Shown here piece after piece: positions 28,995-38,136 of a DNA stretch of 64,000 nucleotides; within the stretch, counting starts at the first letter, position 1; every line of letters begins with the position of its first letter. Source of the stretch: Acidimicrobiales bacterium (lineage in GTDB: Bacteria; Actinomycetota; Acidimicrobiia; Acidimicrobiales; SZUA-35). The notes beneath the pieces are model-generated. The model was not told the DNA's origin and searched no databases. It was given only the letters and a program-made list of their open reading frames with translations. The stretch is taken from the NCBI GenBank assembly GCA_050330635.1, contig JBHJNQ010000057.1:42570-106569 (forward strand), read 5' to 3'. Both the position numbers and the translations under genes were made by a program.

Positions 28995-30518
28995 TCACCC
29001 CCAAGCACGGTCCAGGGCGGCAGGGAGCTCCTCACACCACTGGATCAGATCGTGGCCCGAGACCCGCTCGGTGAAGTGATGGGGCGCCCGGTGGAGGTGC
29101 AGGAGGCCGGCCCAGGCCCCGGTCGCCTGGAAGAACCCGTCCTCGAGGGTGCCGGCGCACAGATGGACCATCGGGTGTGTCTCGGCGTCCCACCGTGTGG
29201 TCGGCTCCGGCGGCGTGCCGGTGCTGAAGGCGAAGACATGACCGAAACGCTGGGGGTGGAGCCGGGCCACGGCGAGCGCATGGCCCCCGCCGTCGCTGCA
29301 ACCGAACACCGCCCTCCGGTGGCGCTCGGTCGGTACCCCGAGCTCGTCCTCGGCCCATCGGGCCAGCTCGTCGACGAAGAACCGCTGGTGGGAATCGAAG
29401 CGCCTGTCGTCGTAGCCGAGCAGGTACTCGAGGGCCCGCTGATTGCCCCTGATCCGATCGGCGGGGGCGGCATGGGCCGCCACGACGACCACTCGAGGAC
29501 ACGCCCCGGCCTCGATGGCGGCATCCAGGCGGCGGGCGTAGGGGGCGAACATGTTGCCGTCGGTGGCGTACACGACCGGCACGTCCTCGCCGAGCGTGTG
29601 GTCGGGAGGACGGTAGACCGTAACCGTCCGCGGCCCGCCCAGGGCGGCCGACTCCACGGCATGGTCGTAGGTCGAGCCGACGAGGGGATCGTTCGACGGC
29701 AGCTCCGGCGGGGCGGCGGCACCGCGGAACCGGCCGTCGTGCGAGCCTCGGGAGACGCTGAGGTTGGCGCTGCCGTCGAGGGGGGTGAAGGTGTAGGTGA
29801 TGACCGCCTCGTCGAGCCGTTCGACGCGCACCGACAGGGCGTGGAGCCCCTCGCCGACCTCCCAGCTCGGGATGGGGAAGACGGGGGTGACGGCCACGGG
29901 GACGTCCGATTCGGCCACGAAGGTCAGGATGCCGCCGTCGGCCCAGGCGGAGGCCCCCTCCGCCTCCCGCCGGGCCCGGAGTTCGTCGGGATCCGGGTCG
30001 GTCCAGACCCGGCACCAGCGCTGGCCCCGGGGCAAGGCCCCGGTCTCCGTGGCCCGCTCCCGGGCCAGCTGGCGCGACAGCTCGCTCATGCGTCGGCGCA
30101 GCTCGGCCAGGGTTGGGACACCGAGGGCCACCCGCTCGGCGTCGTCGATCGTGGGATCGACGGGGGGTTGGACGATGTCGCCCTGATGCTCGACCATGAC
30201 GGTGCCGTAGAGCTGGGCCCGGCCCTGGTACAGGGCGATCTTGTCGACCGCCTCGGCGTGGACCACCCCGGCCCCGTCGATGCCGTCATCGTGGGCCCGC
30301 CGGGAAAGGCGGGCCACCTCCATCAGGTCCTCGGCCATCCCCGAAACGGCGAGGAACCGGGCCGCCCGCAGCGCATCGACGCCGGTGGCCAGGCGCAGAC
30401 GGGGGTGGTGGCGTAGCCGATCGACGAGGCCGAGGCGGGCCAGCTCGTCCGCCCCCTCCGCCTCGGTCAGGAGGATCGGGAGATCATCGCCGCCGGCCGT
30501 GCCCGCTGCCCCGCTCAT
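28995..30518 (-). CDS. Two-domain protein: N-terminal DUF6624-like helical domain plus enterochelin-esterase-like alpha/beta hydrolase
   Basis: The N-terminal domain has DKIALYQGRAQLYGTVMV..PVDPTIDDAERVALGVP. The C-terminal domain has VPVVYATDGN and RAVFGCSDGGGHAL (GxSxG-type nucleophile elbow). ATG 30518 is preferred over GTG 30539. Confidence 0.7.
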   Translation of the reverse strand: MSGAAGTAGGDDLPILLTEAEGADELARLGLVDRLRHHPRLRLATGVDALRAARFLAVSGMAEDLMEVARLSRRAHDDGIDGAGVVHAEAVDKIALYQGRAQLYGTVMVEHQGDIVQPPVDPTIDDAERVALGVPTLAELRRRMSELSRQLARERATETGALPRGQRWCRVWTDPDPDELRARREAEGASAWADGGILTFVAESDVPVAVTPVFPIPSWEVGEGLHALSVRVERLDEAVITYTFTPLDGSANLSVSRGSHDGRFRGAAAPPELPSNDPLVGSTYDHAVESAALGGPRTVTVYRPPDHTLGEDVPVVYATDGNMFAPYARRLDAAIEAGACPRVVVVAAHAAPADRIRGNQRALEYLLGYDDRRFDSHQRFFVDELARWAEDELGVPTERHRRAVFGCSDGGGHALAVARLHPQRFGHVFAFSTGTPPEPTTRWDAETHPMVHLCAGTLEDGFFQATGAWAGLLHLHRAPHHFTERVSGHDLIQWCEELPAALDRAWG

Positions 30519-30602
30519 GCCCCGGACCCTACCGCACACCGACGACGTCGTCCGATCCGTCCGGTGGTCGCGCCGTCACCCGTCGGCTGGCAGACTCCGA
30601 TC

Positions 30603-31379
30603 ATGGACCACCGCCCTCTCGTGCGCCACCAGTTCGGGGCCAACGCCGCCAACTACGCCACCAGCCCGGTCCACGCCAGCGGTGCCAGCCTGGCCCTGGT
30701 GGTCGAGTTGCTCCAGCCCCAAACCCACTGGCACGCTCTCGACGTGGCCACCGCCGCCGGTCACACGGCGTTCGCCCTGGCCCCCCACGTGGCCACGGTG
30801 GTGGCTAGCGACGTCACCCCGGAGATGCTCGCCATCGCCGGGGCCGGGGCCGCCGAACGGGGCCTCGGCAACGTCTCGTTCGAGCCGGCCGACGCCGAGG
30901 ACCTGCCCTTCGCCGACGACCGGTTCGACGTCGTGACCTGCCGCATCGCCGCCCATCACTTCCCCCGACCCGACCGCTTCGTGGCCGAGGTGGCCCGGGT
31001 CCTGCGGCCAGGCGGCCGCTTCGGCCTGGTCGACAACATGGTCGACACCGCGGCGTCGACCTTCGTCAACCGTCTCGAGCGGCGCCGCGACCCCAGCCAT
31101 GTCCGGGCCCTGGCCTTGGAGGAGTGGCTCGAGTTGCTGACGGGGGCGGGGCTGCGGCCCGTGGCGAGGGAGCTCACGGTCAAGCGGATGGTGTTCAGCG
31201 TCTGGGCCGACAACATGAACGTGGCCGAGGAGGTCCGGGGCGAGCTCCTGGAGGCGCTCGAGCACGCCCCCGGGCCGGCCGCCGCCTATCTCCGACCCGA
31301 GCTGGGCCGACCCGGCGACCAGGATGCCGCCGCCTTCCACCTCACCGAGGGCATCATCGTGGCCGAGGCACCGGCGTGA
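30603..31379 (+). CDS. Class I SAM-dependent methyltransferase (Methyltransf_11-like)
   Basis: Internal ATG at 30603. Motifs are ALDVATAAGHTA, FDVVTCRIAAHHF and LRPGGRFGLVD. Confidence 0.85.
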   Translation: MDHRPLVRHQFGANAANYATSPVHASGASLALVVELLQPQTHWHALDVATAAGHTAFALAPHVATVVASDVTPEMLAIAGAGAAERGLGNVSFEPADAEDLPFADDRFDVVTCRIAAHHFPRPDRFVAEVARVLRPGGRFGLVDNMVDTAASTFVNRLERRRDPSHVRALALEEWLELLTGAGLRPVARELTVKRMVFSVWADNMNVAEEVRGELLEALEHAPGPAAAYLRPELGRPGDQDAAAFHLTEGIIVAEAPA

Positions 31380-31493
31380 CGGCCCCGATGACCGGGTTCG
31401 GCCGGGAGGACCACGGCGCCGGACGCGACGACGAGCGTCTCCTGGTCGGCCAACGATTCCAGCATGGTGCCACGGAGAGGTGGCATGACGAGG

Positions 31494-32060
31494 TCACGAC
31501 TCGGTGAACGGCAACGGCTTCCAGAGATCGAGGACCCGGCCGATCACGGATAGGGCCAGGGCGTGCCGGATCTCGCCCCTCCGGGCCGCCGCCACCACCT
31601 GATCGTCCGTCATGCGGACGATCTCGATGTGTTCGCCATCGCCCGGCGCAGCGTCGGCCTCCGGGGTCACCCCCTCGACCAGCCAGTGGTGGCACAGGTG
31701 ATCGTGGAAAGCGGGGTTCGGTTCCACCGCCCCCAGGTACCGCCAGCGACCACCGCCGTAGCCGGTCTCCTCCAGCAGCTCGCGCCGGATGGCGGTGCCG
31801 TGGTCCTCGCCTTCGTCGACCATCCCGCCCGGGGTCTCGAGCGTCGAATAGCCGACGCCGAAGCGGAACTGGCGGACCATGACATGTCGGCCCTCGGCAT
31901 CGATGGCCACGCAGTTCACCCAGTCGACCGACTCGAGGACCAGGCGGTCGAACGACCGACCGGAGACGGGGTGACGGAGCGTGTCGAACCGGGTGCGGAA
32001 CAGCACCAGGTCGTCGGCGTAGCGGGAGCCCAGATGATCCCAGGCGAGCGGGTCGGTCAT
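31494..32060 (-). CDS. NUDIX hydrolase
   Basis: Internal ATG at 32060. The Nudix box is GGMVDEGEDHGTAIRRELLEETG. Confidence 0.88.
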   Translation of the reverse strand: MTDPLAWDHLGSRYADDLVLFRTRFDTLRHPVSGRSFDRLVLESVDWVNCVAIDAEGRHVMVRQFRFGVGYSTLETPGGMVDEGEDHGTAIRRELLEETGYGGGRWRYLGAVEPNPAFHDHLCHHWLVEGVTPEADAAPGDGEHIEIVRMTDDQVVAAARRGEIRHALALSVIGRVLDLWKPLPFTES

Positions 32061-32100
32061 CCTGTCAGCCTGCCAGGCTCTGCTCGGGCATGCTCTGCCC

Positions 32101-32270
32101 ATGGTCCGCTCCATCGACGATCTCGTGATCCGCCCGGACACGGCCGACGACGGTCCGGCGCTGGCGGCCCTGGGGCTCCGGCCGGTCGGCGTGTTCCCCC
32201 AGGCCGGACGGAAGTTCGATCGGTGGCACGACCTCGGATTCTGGCATCGCCTTGGTCCAGTCGATCCTCC
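32101..32270 (+). pseudogene. Internally deleted phosphinothricin-type GNAT N-acetyltransferase relic
   Basis: MVRSIDDLVIRPDTADDGPALAA (N-terminus) is joined directly to LGLRPVGVFPQAGRKFDRWHDLGFWHRL (C-terminus). About 110-120 central residues of the GNAT fold are missing. The frame then runs antisense into the DUF35 gene. Confidence 0.55.
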
Positions 32271-32325
32271 GTCGGACACGAGCCGTCGAGGCCGGACCCG
32301 AGCTTCGGGGCGACCAACGGTCTCC

Positions 32326-32730
32326 CTAGATGGGGGTGAACCGGGGCAGGGCGCTGCCCTCGCCCGTGTCGTCCCACACCACCCTGACCCTGGAGTCGAT
32401 GGCCACGTCGGCGGGGTCGCAGTCGACGATGTTGGTCATGACCCGTGGCCCCTCGTCGAGCTCGACATAGGCATAGACGTAGGGGGTGGCGTCGCGCCAC
32501 CGACCCTGGCTCTGGTGGACGACGGTGTAGCTGTAGACCGACCCTTCACCGGTGGCGTCGAACCAGCTCAGGTCGAAGCTGGAGCAGATGGGGCACACGG
32601 CTCGGGGCCACCACACCACCGTGTCGCACGATCCGCAACGCTGGAGGGTGAACCGACCCTCGGCGGTGGCGGCCCAGAACGGGGCGGAGTCCTCGTTGGT
32701 GCGAGGAGGTTTGGCCGGCAGTCCTGACAT
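32326..32730 (-). CDS. DUF35 zinc-ribbon/OB-fold protein (thiolase-associated)
   Basis: CGSCDTVVWWPRAVCPIC is a 4-Cys ribbon. An OB-fold-like C-terminal part follows. The gene lies 2 nt downstream of the thiolase-like gene. Confidence 0.85.
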   Translation of the reverse strand: MSGLPAKPPRTNEDSAPFWAATAEGRFTLQRCGSCDTVVWWPRAVCPICSSFDLSWFDATGEGSVYSYTVVHQSQGRWRDATPYVYAYVELDEGPRVMTNIVDCDPADVAIDSRVRVVWDDTGEGSALPRFTPI

Positions 32731-32732
32731 CT

Positions 32733-33896
32733 CTAGAGCTCCCTTGCGATGACGAGGGTGGCACTGCCCATGCGGCCGGCCAGCGAGCCGCCCGTGCCGT
32801 GGACCAGGGCGAGATCGCAGTCGGGTACCTGCACGGCCTCGTGGGCCTCACCCCGCAGTTGGCGTACCGCTTCGAGGATCTTGGTCATGCCGCCCCGGTT
32901 GCCGGGATGGTTGCTGCACAGCCCGCCTCCGTCGGTGTTGAACGGGAGCCCGCCGTGGGGAGCCTGGAGGTTGCCGTCGGTGACGAACGCCCCGCCCTTG
33001 CCCTTCTGGCAGAAGCCGAGATCCTCGACGGTCTGGAGCACGGTGATGGTGAACGAGTCGTAGATCGAGGCGTAGTCGATGTCGGCCGGGGTGACCCCGG
33101 CCTCCTCGAACGCCAGCGGACCCGACCACACCGCCCCGGTGTGGGTGAGGTCGATGCGGCCGTTGGCCGTGCCCTTCGTCGCCTCGCCGGCACCGAGGAT
33201 CGGCACGCAGTGCCGGTCGAGGTCCCGGGCGATCTCGGGACTGACGACCACCACTGCGCCCCCACCGTCGGTGATCACGCAGCAGTCCATCCGGTGGAGT
33301 GGATCGGCGATGACCGGCGAGTCGAGCACCTCCTCGATCGTCACCACCTCGCGCAGCATGGCGTGAGGATTGTGCTGGGCGTGGGTGGAGGCCGCCACCT
33401 TGATGGCGGCCAGCTGCTCGCTTGTGGTACCGAACTCGTGCATGTGACGGCGGGCGGCGAGGGCGTAGTTGGCGACCACCGTGTTGCCGAACAGGTTCTC
33501 GAAGTCGGACTCCGGTCCCGATCCCCCGCCGCCGCCGCCGGGTCCGCGACCCCCGGTGCGGGGCTTGCCGGCCAAGCTGACGAGGGCCACGCTGCACTTA
33601 CCGGCGGCGATGGCCGCCGCCGCGTGGTTGACGTGGGCCACGTACGACGATCCCCCCATCTCGGTCGAGTCGGTATACCGGGCCGCAATGCCGAGGTAGT
33701 CGATCATCGACAAGGTGCCGAAACCCGGCGAGTCACCGGCGCCGAAGTAGGCGTCGACATCGCCCATGGTCAGCCCGGCATCGTGCAGGGCGCCGACGCA
33801 CACCCGGGCGTGGATCTCCATCAGCGACTGGTCCGGCAGATGCCGGCCGGGGTGCTCGAACGCCCCGGCGATGCAGGCCTTGCCCCTGATGCTCAT
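32733..33896 (-). CDS. SCP-x-type thiolase-like protein
   Basis: Internal ATG at 33896 (MSIRGKACIAGA). Motifs are DCCVITDGGGAVVV, NTDGGGLC and HGTGGSL. Confidence 0.85.
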   Translation of the reverse strand: MSIRGKACIAGAFEHPGRHLPDQSLMEIHARVCVGALHDAGLTMGDVDAYFGAGDSPGFGTLSMIDYLGIAARYTDSTEMGGSSYVAHVNHAAAAIAAGKCSVALVSLAGKPRTGGRGPGGGGGGSGPESDFENLFGNTVVANYALAARRHMHEFGTTSEQLAAIKVAASTHAQHNPHAMLREVVTIEEVLDSPVIADPLHRMDCCVITDGGGAVVVVSPEIARDLDRHCVPILGAGEATKGTANGRIDLTHTGAVWSGPLAFEEAGVTPADIDYASIYDSFTITVLQTVEDLGFCQKGKGGAFVTDGNLQAPHGGLPFNTDGGGLCSNHPGNRGGMTKILEAVRQLRGEAHEAVQVPDCDLALVHGTGGSLAGRMGSATLVIAREL

Positions 33897-34046
33897 GTCG
33901 CTCTCCTCCCTGTGGTCCGTCGAGTGTAGGTGACCGGCCGGGTCAGGGTCAGCGTGAGTCGTTGCCGACACCATCGCCCACCTCCGATCGGGCTGCCGGT
34001 CGAGGTGCTTCGCAGACGAAGTCGATGGCGTCGCCCGACCCCGGCG

Positions 34047-35468
34047 TCAGTTGCCGTTGGTCGACCAGTGCCAGGGCTCACTGGGCAGGTTGGACAAGCC
34101 GTAGCGGGCGGCATTGGCCTTCAACCAGTTCCAACCTCCGCCCGAGCGGGACCGGATGAGGCTCCCGTTGTAGGTGAAGTCGATGGCCAGGCCCCGCTCG
34201 TGCATCGAGCGTCCCGGACGTGCCGTCGGCGGGCTGCACCGGCTGGCCGGCATCTCGTAGATGGCGTAGTTGCTCGTGCCACAGTTCGCCCGCCGGGTGG
34301 CGATCTGCGCCGATGCGCTCCGGTAGCCGCCACCGCCGAGATCGAGTCCGGCGGCGGCAGCGTCGGCGAGGAGCTGACGGACCGGATCGACGATCGACTG
34401 GTGCACGTAGATGCCGTTGCCGGCGTAGGCGATCTCGTCCTCGCCCACCACGTCGGGCACGGCAACGTCCGACACCGGGACCGGGCCCGGGGCCGGCGAG
34501 GCGGCCAGCTGGGACGCCAGGGCGTCGGTGTCACCGACGGGGGCCTCACCGCCGAGGGCGGCCCGCTCCGCCAGGAGATGGTCGAGGCGGCGCTCAGCGG
34601 CCGCCGTGACTCGGCCCTGAGCAGCCTGGTCCCGCTCGAGCGTCTCGAGCTCCTGCTGGCCGAACTGCTGGAGGTGCTCGGCCTCGGCCACCGCCTCGAT
34701 GGCCTCACGGCGGCGGGCGTCGAGATCCTCCTGCGCCGCCCGCAGGTCCTCGATCAGTTCGAGGTCGGTCTTGGTGGCGTAGACCCGCATCTGCTCCATT
34801 CGCAGCACGCGATTGGGGTCACCATGGATCAGCAGTGCCGCTCGGCCCGACTCGTCGCCGGTGAAGGTACGGATGGCGGCCGCCTCCACCGCGACCTCGA
34901 CCACCGCCACCTCCTCCTCGGCCGCCGCCACTTCGGCCTCGGTGTCGGCCACGTGCTGCCGGGCCGCCGCCAGCTGCTCGTCGGCGGCCGCCACCTTTGC
35001 CCGCTGGGCCTCGACCTGGCCGCGCAGGACGGCCACGGCATTGGTCAGGTCGCCCAGCTCGGCGTTGGCGGCGTCGACCTCGCGGGCCTTGGCCGCCTGC
35101 TCGGCATCGACCGCCGGCCCCTCCATCGTGGCGGGAGCGGCGGTGGACGCCGTCGACGACGGGGGGCTGGCGGGGGTTGTGGCCGGAGAGCTCGTTCTGG
35201 CCGTCGTCGCCGTGGCCGCAGCCGTCGTGGCCGTGGTCGCCGGAGCGGTCGACGTGGTCGAGGCCTGGGTGGTGCTGGCTGCGGTCGACGGCGGAGCCGT
35301 CGACGACGGGTCGGTCGTGGTCGTCGACCCCGTCGTGGTGGTCGTCGAGTCTTGGGCTCCACCGGGTAACGCCCCGAGACCGACCAGGAGGACGGCGACG
35401 CCGACCACTCTCACGATCTTTCCCTCGCCCCTGGTTGTGCCCGGCCAGTGACGGGTAAATCCGGCCAT
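34047..35468 (-). CDS. Secreted M15B (VanY-type) D,D-carboxypeptidase with a Thr/Ser/Ala/Pro-rich linker and a long coiled-coil
   Basis: The signal/TM segment is VVGVAVLLVGLGALPGGAQ. A T/S/A/P-rich linker of about 75 aa lies at 35127-35351. An Ala/Glu-rich heptad-like region follows. The catalytic domain has GGYRSASAQ, RPGRSMHERGLAIDF and EPWHW. The start is either 35468 or 35477. Confidence 0.8.
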   Translation of the reverse strand: MAGFTRHWPGTTRGEGKIVRVVGVAVLLVGLGALPGGAQDSTTTTTGSTTTTDPSSTAPPSTAASTTQASTTSTAPATTATTAAATATTARTSSPATTPASPPSSTASTAAPATMEGPAVDAEQAAKAREVDAANAELGDLTNAVAVLRGQVEAQRAKVAAADEQLAAARQHVADTEAEVAAAEEEVAVVEVAVEAAAIRTFTGDESGRAALLIHGDPNRVLRMEQMRVYATKTDLELIEDLRAAQEDLDARRREAIEAVAEAEHLQQFGQQELETLERDQAAQGRVTAAAERRLDHLLAERAALGGEAPVGDTDALASQLAASPAPGPVPVSDVAVPDVVGEDEIAYAGNGIYVHQSIVDPVRQLLADAAAAGLDLGGGGYRSASAQIATRRANCGTSNYAIYEMPASRCSPPTARPGRSMHERGLAIDFTYNGSLIRSRSGGGWNWLKANAARYGLSNLPSEPWHWSTNGN

Positions 35469-35647
35469 GTACGGCATTCCCTCCGCCGAGAATGAAACGT
35501 ATTCGTCACGAACCTAGCCCGACCAGGGCCCGTCTGCACCGCCAAGGGCCCACAATCAGTGGCGCCGACCCCGATCGCCGCCCGGCCGTCGGTGCACTAG
35601 ATTCGCCCCCGCAAGGTCCCCGACCGGGGGGCTGGGAAGGGGAGCCG

Positions 35648-38077
35648 ATGACGACACAGGGGAACGACGACGGGCTCCTCGCACCGTACCGGGTACTCGA
35701 TCTGACGGACGAGCGGGGCCACTTCGCCGGATTCCTCCTGGCTCAGATGGGAGCCGACGTGATCGCCGTCGAGCCTCCGGGCGGTCAACGGTCTCGCTAC
35801 ACCGGACCGTGGGCCGGTGGGCCACCCGATCCCGAGCGATCGCTCCAGCACTGGGCCTACAACCGGGGCAAGCGCTCCGTCGTCGTCGACGACGGAGCCC
35901 TCCTGGCGACCCTGGCCGCCGACGCCGACGTGCTGATCGAGTGCGGAGCCCTCGACCTCGACCTCGCCGCCCTGCGGGCGGCCAACCCGGCGCTGATCAC
36001 CGTCTCGCTGACACCGTTCGGGGCGGATGGGCCCAAGGCCGACTGGCTCGGCACCGACCTCACGCTCAACGCCGCCAGCGGCGAGATGTCGCTCAACGGC
36101 TACATCGACCGACCGCCGGTGCGGATCTCGGCTCCCCAGGTATGGCTCAACGCCGGGGCCGAGGCGGCGTGCGCCGTTCTCATCGCCCTCACCGACCGCC
36201 GACGGAGCGGAGCCGGCCAGCACATCGACGTGTCGGCCCAGGAGGCGATGATGCTCACCGCCCAGGGCTGGATGTGCCCCAGCCTGTGCGACAACCCTCC
36301 GGCCCAACGCAGTGGCGGTGGTCTCGAGCTCCTCGGCCTCGTCCGGTTCCGCTTCGTCTACGAGTGCCTCGACGGTCACGTGACCCTCACCTTCCTCCCC
36401 GGCGTCCTCGTCGGCGGCTTCACCAACCGGGTCCTGCGATGGGCCAACGCCAAGGGCACCCTGTCCGACGAGTTGGCGGCCATCGACTGGGTCGACCTCC
36501 TCGGCTCCCGGGAGCTGACCGAGGTGGCCGATATCGCCGAGCGGACCTCCGAGGGGGTGGCCGCCGCCTTCGCCACCGAGACCAAGGGCGATCTGTTCGC
36601 CATGGCCCAACGCGACCGTCTCCTGCTCGTCCCGGTGACGACCCCGGCCGACGTGCTCGACACCGAGCACTACGCCATCCGCCGCTTCTGGGACGAGATC
36701 GACCTCGGCGACGGACCAATCCGCTTCCCCGGCCCGTGGGCCCACCTCGACCGGGGTGAGCTGGCCCGCCTGGGGCCGCCACCGAAGGTCGGCCAACACA
36801 CCGACGAGGTGCTGGCCGAAGTGGGCGTTCGATCCCGTCCCACCCCGACGACGGCCTCCCCCGCAGCCCCGGACCGCCCCCTCGAGGGGATCACGGTCAT
36901 CGACTTCACCTGGGTCTACGCCGGGCCGTTCGCCACCCGCATGCTCGGCTACTACGGCGCCGACGTCATCCGCCTCGAGTCGCAGACGAGACCCGACCAG
37001 GTCCGCACCTCGGGCCTGGCCAGGGTGATGGGCGACGACGGTCCCGAGGCCTCCCAGCAATGGCACTCGATCAACGCCGACAAGCGGAGCCTCCAGCTCA
37101 ACCTCAAGGTGCCCGAGTCCCGCCAGGTGGTGCTCGACCTGGCCGCCGAGGCCGACGTCGTCATCAACGCCTTCTCGCCCGGGGTCCTGGAACGTATGGG
37201 TCTCGGCCACGAGGACCTCCACGCCGTCAATCCCCGCCTCATCGCCGTGTCGACCACCCTGTTCGGCCACTCCGGCCCATTGTCGCCCATCCCCGGGTTC
37301 GGCAACATGGGGGCGGCGATGGGCGGCTACTACGAGCTGACCGGGTGGCCCGATCGGCTCCCCGCCGGACCTTTCCTGGCCTACACCGACGCCACATCGC
37401 CGCGGCTGACGGCGGCGGTGATCATGGCCGCCCTCGACTGGCGGGAACGGAGCGGCCAGGGTCTGAGCATCGACTTCTCCCAGGCCGAGGGCGGGATCCA
37501 CTTCCTGTCCGAGGCCGTCCTCGACCAGGAGATCAACGGGTTCGCCCAGACCCGGGCCGGGAACGCCGATCGGTGGATGGCTCCCCACGGGGCGTATCCG
37601 TGTGGCGAGCCCGGTGCCGACCAGTGGATGACGATCGCCTGCGAGGACGACGACCAGTGGCGCCGCCTGGCCGACCTCGTCGGTCGAGCCGACCTCGGCG
37701 GCCTGACCACAGCAGAGCGCCTGGGCCGTCGCCGGGAGCTCGACGAGGCCCTCGCCGCCTGGACGACCGGCCAGGAGCCGGTGGCGCTCCAGGAGCGGCT
37801 CCAGGCCGAGCGGATCCCCGCCCATCGGGTCCAGAACAGCCCCGAGGTCGTGACCGACCCCCAGCTCCTGCACCGCGACCACTTCCACGAGGTCCCCCAC
37901 GAGCACTACGACGTGACCTGGGCCGAGCAATACGGCTTCCGCCTGTCGCGCAGCATCGGCACCCCCCGGCGAGCGGGTCCGACGTGGGGCGAGCACAACT
38001 TCGAGATCCTCTCCGAGCTGCTCGGCTACGACGGCGACCGCATCGCCGAGCTCGTGATCGCCGGCGTGCTCGAGTAG
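35648..38077 (+). CDS. Tandem-fused family III (CaiB/BaiF) CoA-transferase with two complete modules in one polypeptide
   Basis: Internal ATG at 35648 is preceded by GGGAAGGGGAG. Module 1 has YRVLDLTDERGHFAGFLLAQMGADVIAVEPPGG. Module 2 has ITVIDFTWVYAGPFATRMLGYYGADVIRLES and GFGNMGAA. Confidence 0.85.
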   Translation: MTTQGNDDGLLAPYRVLDLTDERGHFAGFLLAQMGADVIAVEPPGGQRSRYTGPWAGGPPDPERSLQHWAYNRGKRSVVVDDGALLATLAADADVLIECGALDLDLAALRAANPALITVSLTPFGADGPKADWLGTDLTLNAASGEMSLNGYIDRPPVRISAPQVWLNAGAEAACAVLIALTDRRRSGAGQHIDVSAQEAMMLTAQGWMCPSLCDNPPAQRSGGGLELLGLVRFRFVYECLDGHVTLTFLPGVLVGGFTNRVLRWANAKGTLSDELAAIDWVDLLGSRELTEVADIAERTSEGVAAAFATETKGDLFAMAQRDRLLLVPVTTPADVLDTEHYAIRRFWDEIDLGDGPIRFPGPWAHLDRGELARLGPPPKVGQHTDEVLAEVGVRSRPTPTTASPAAPDRPLEGITVIDFTWVYAGPFATRMLGYYGADVIRLESQTRPDQVRTSGLARVMGDDGPEASQQWHSINADKRSLQLNLKVPESRQVVLDLAAEADVVINAFSPGVLERMGLGHEDLHAVNPRLIAVSTTLFGHSGPLSPIPGFGNMGAAMGGYYELTGWPDRLPAGPFLAYTDATSPRLTAAVIMAALDWRERSGQGLSIDFSQAEGGIHFLSEAVLDQEINGFAQTRAGNADRWMAPHGAYPCGEPGADQWMTIACEDDDQWRRLADLVGRADLGGLTTAERLGRRRELDEALAAWTTGQEPVALQERLQAERIPAHRVQNSPEVVTDPQLLHRDHFHEVPHEHYDVTWAEQYGFRLSRSIGTPRRAGPTWGEHNFEILSELLGYDGDRIAELVIAGVLE

Positions 38078-38136
38078 CCGACCGGGACGAGGTGCCGGCT
38101 TTGGGAGCCGATCGGGGGCCGCCCTACGCTTGCCCG

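Noticed and set aside
35127-35351. Thr/Ser/Ala/Pro-rich stretch considered as a DNA tandem repeat or contingency locus
   Set aside because: It is low-complexity at the protein level only. I see no regular nucleotide repeat unit, and it is in frame within the VanY-type gene.
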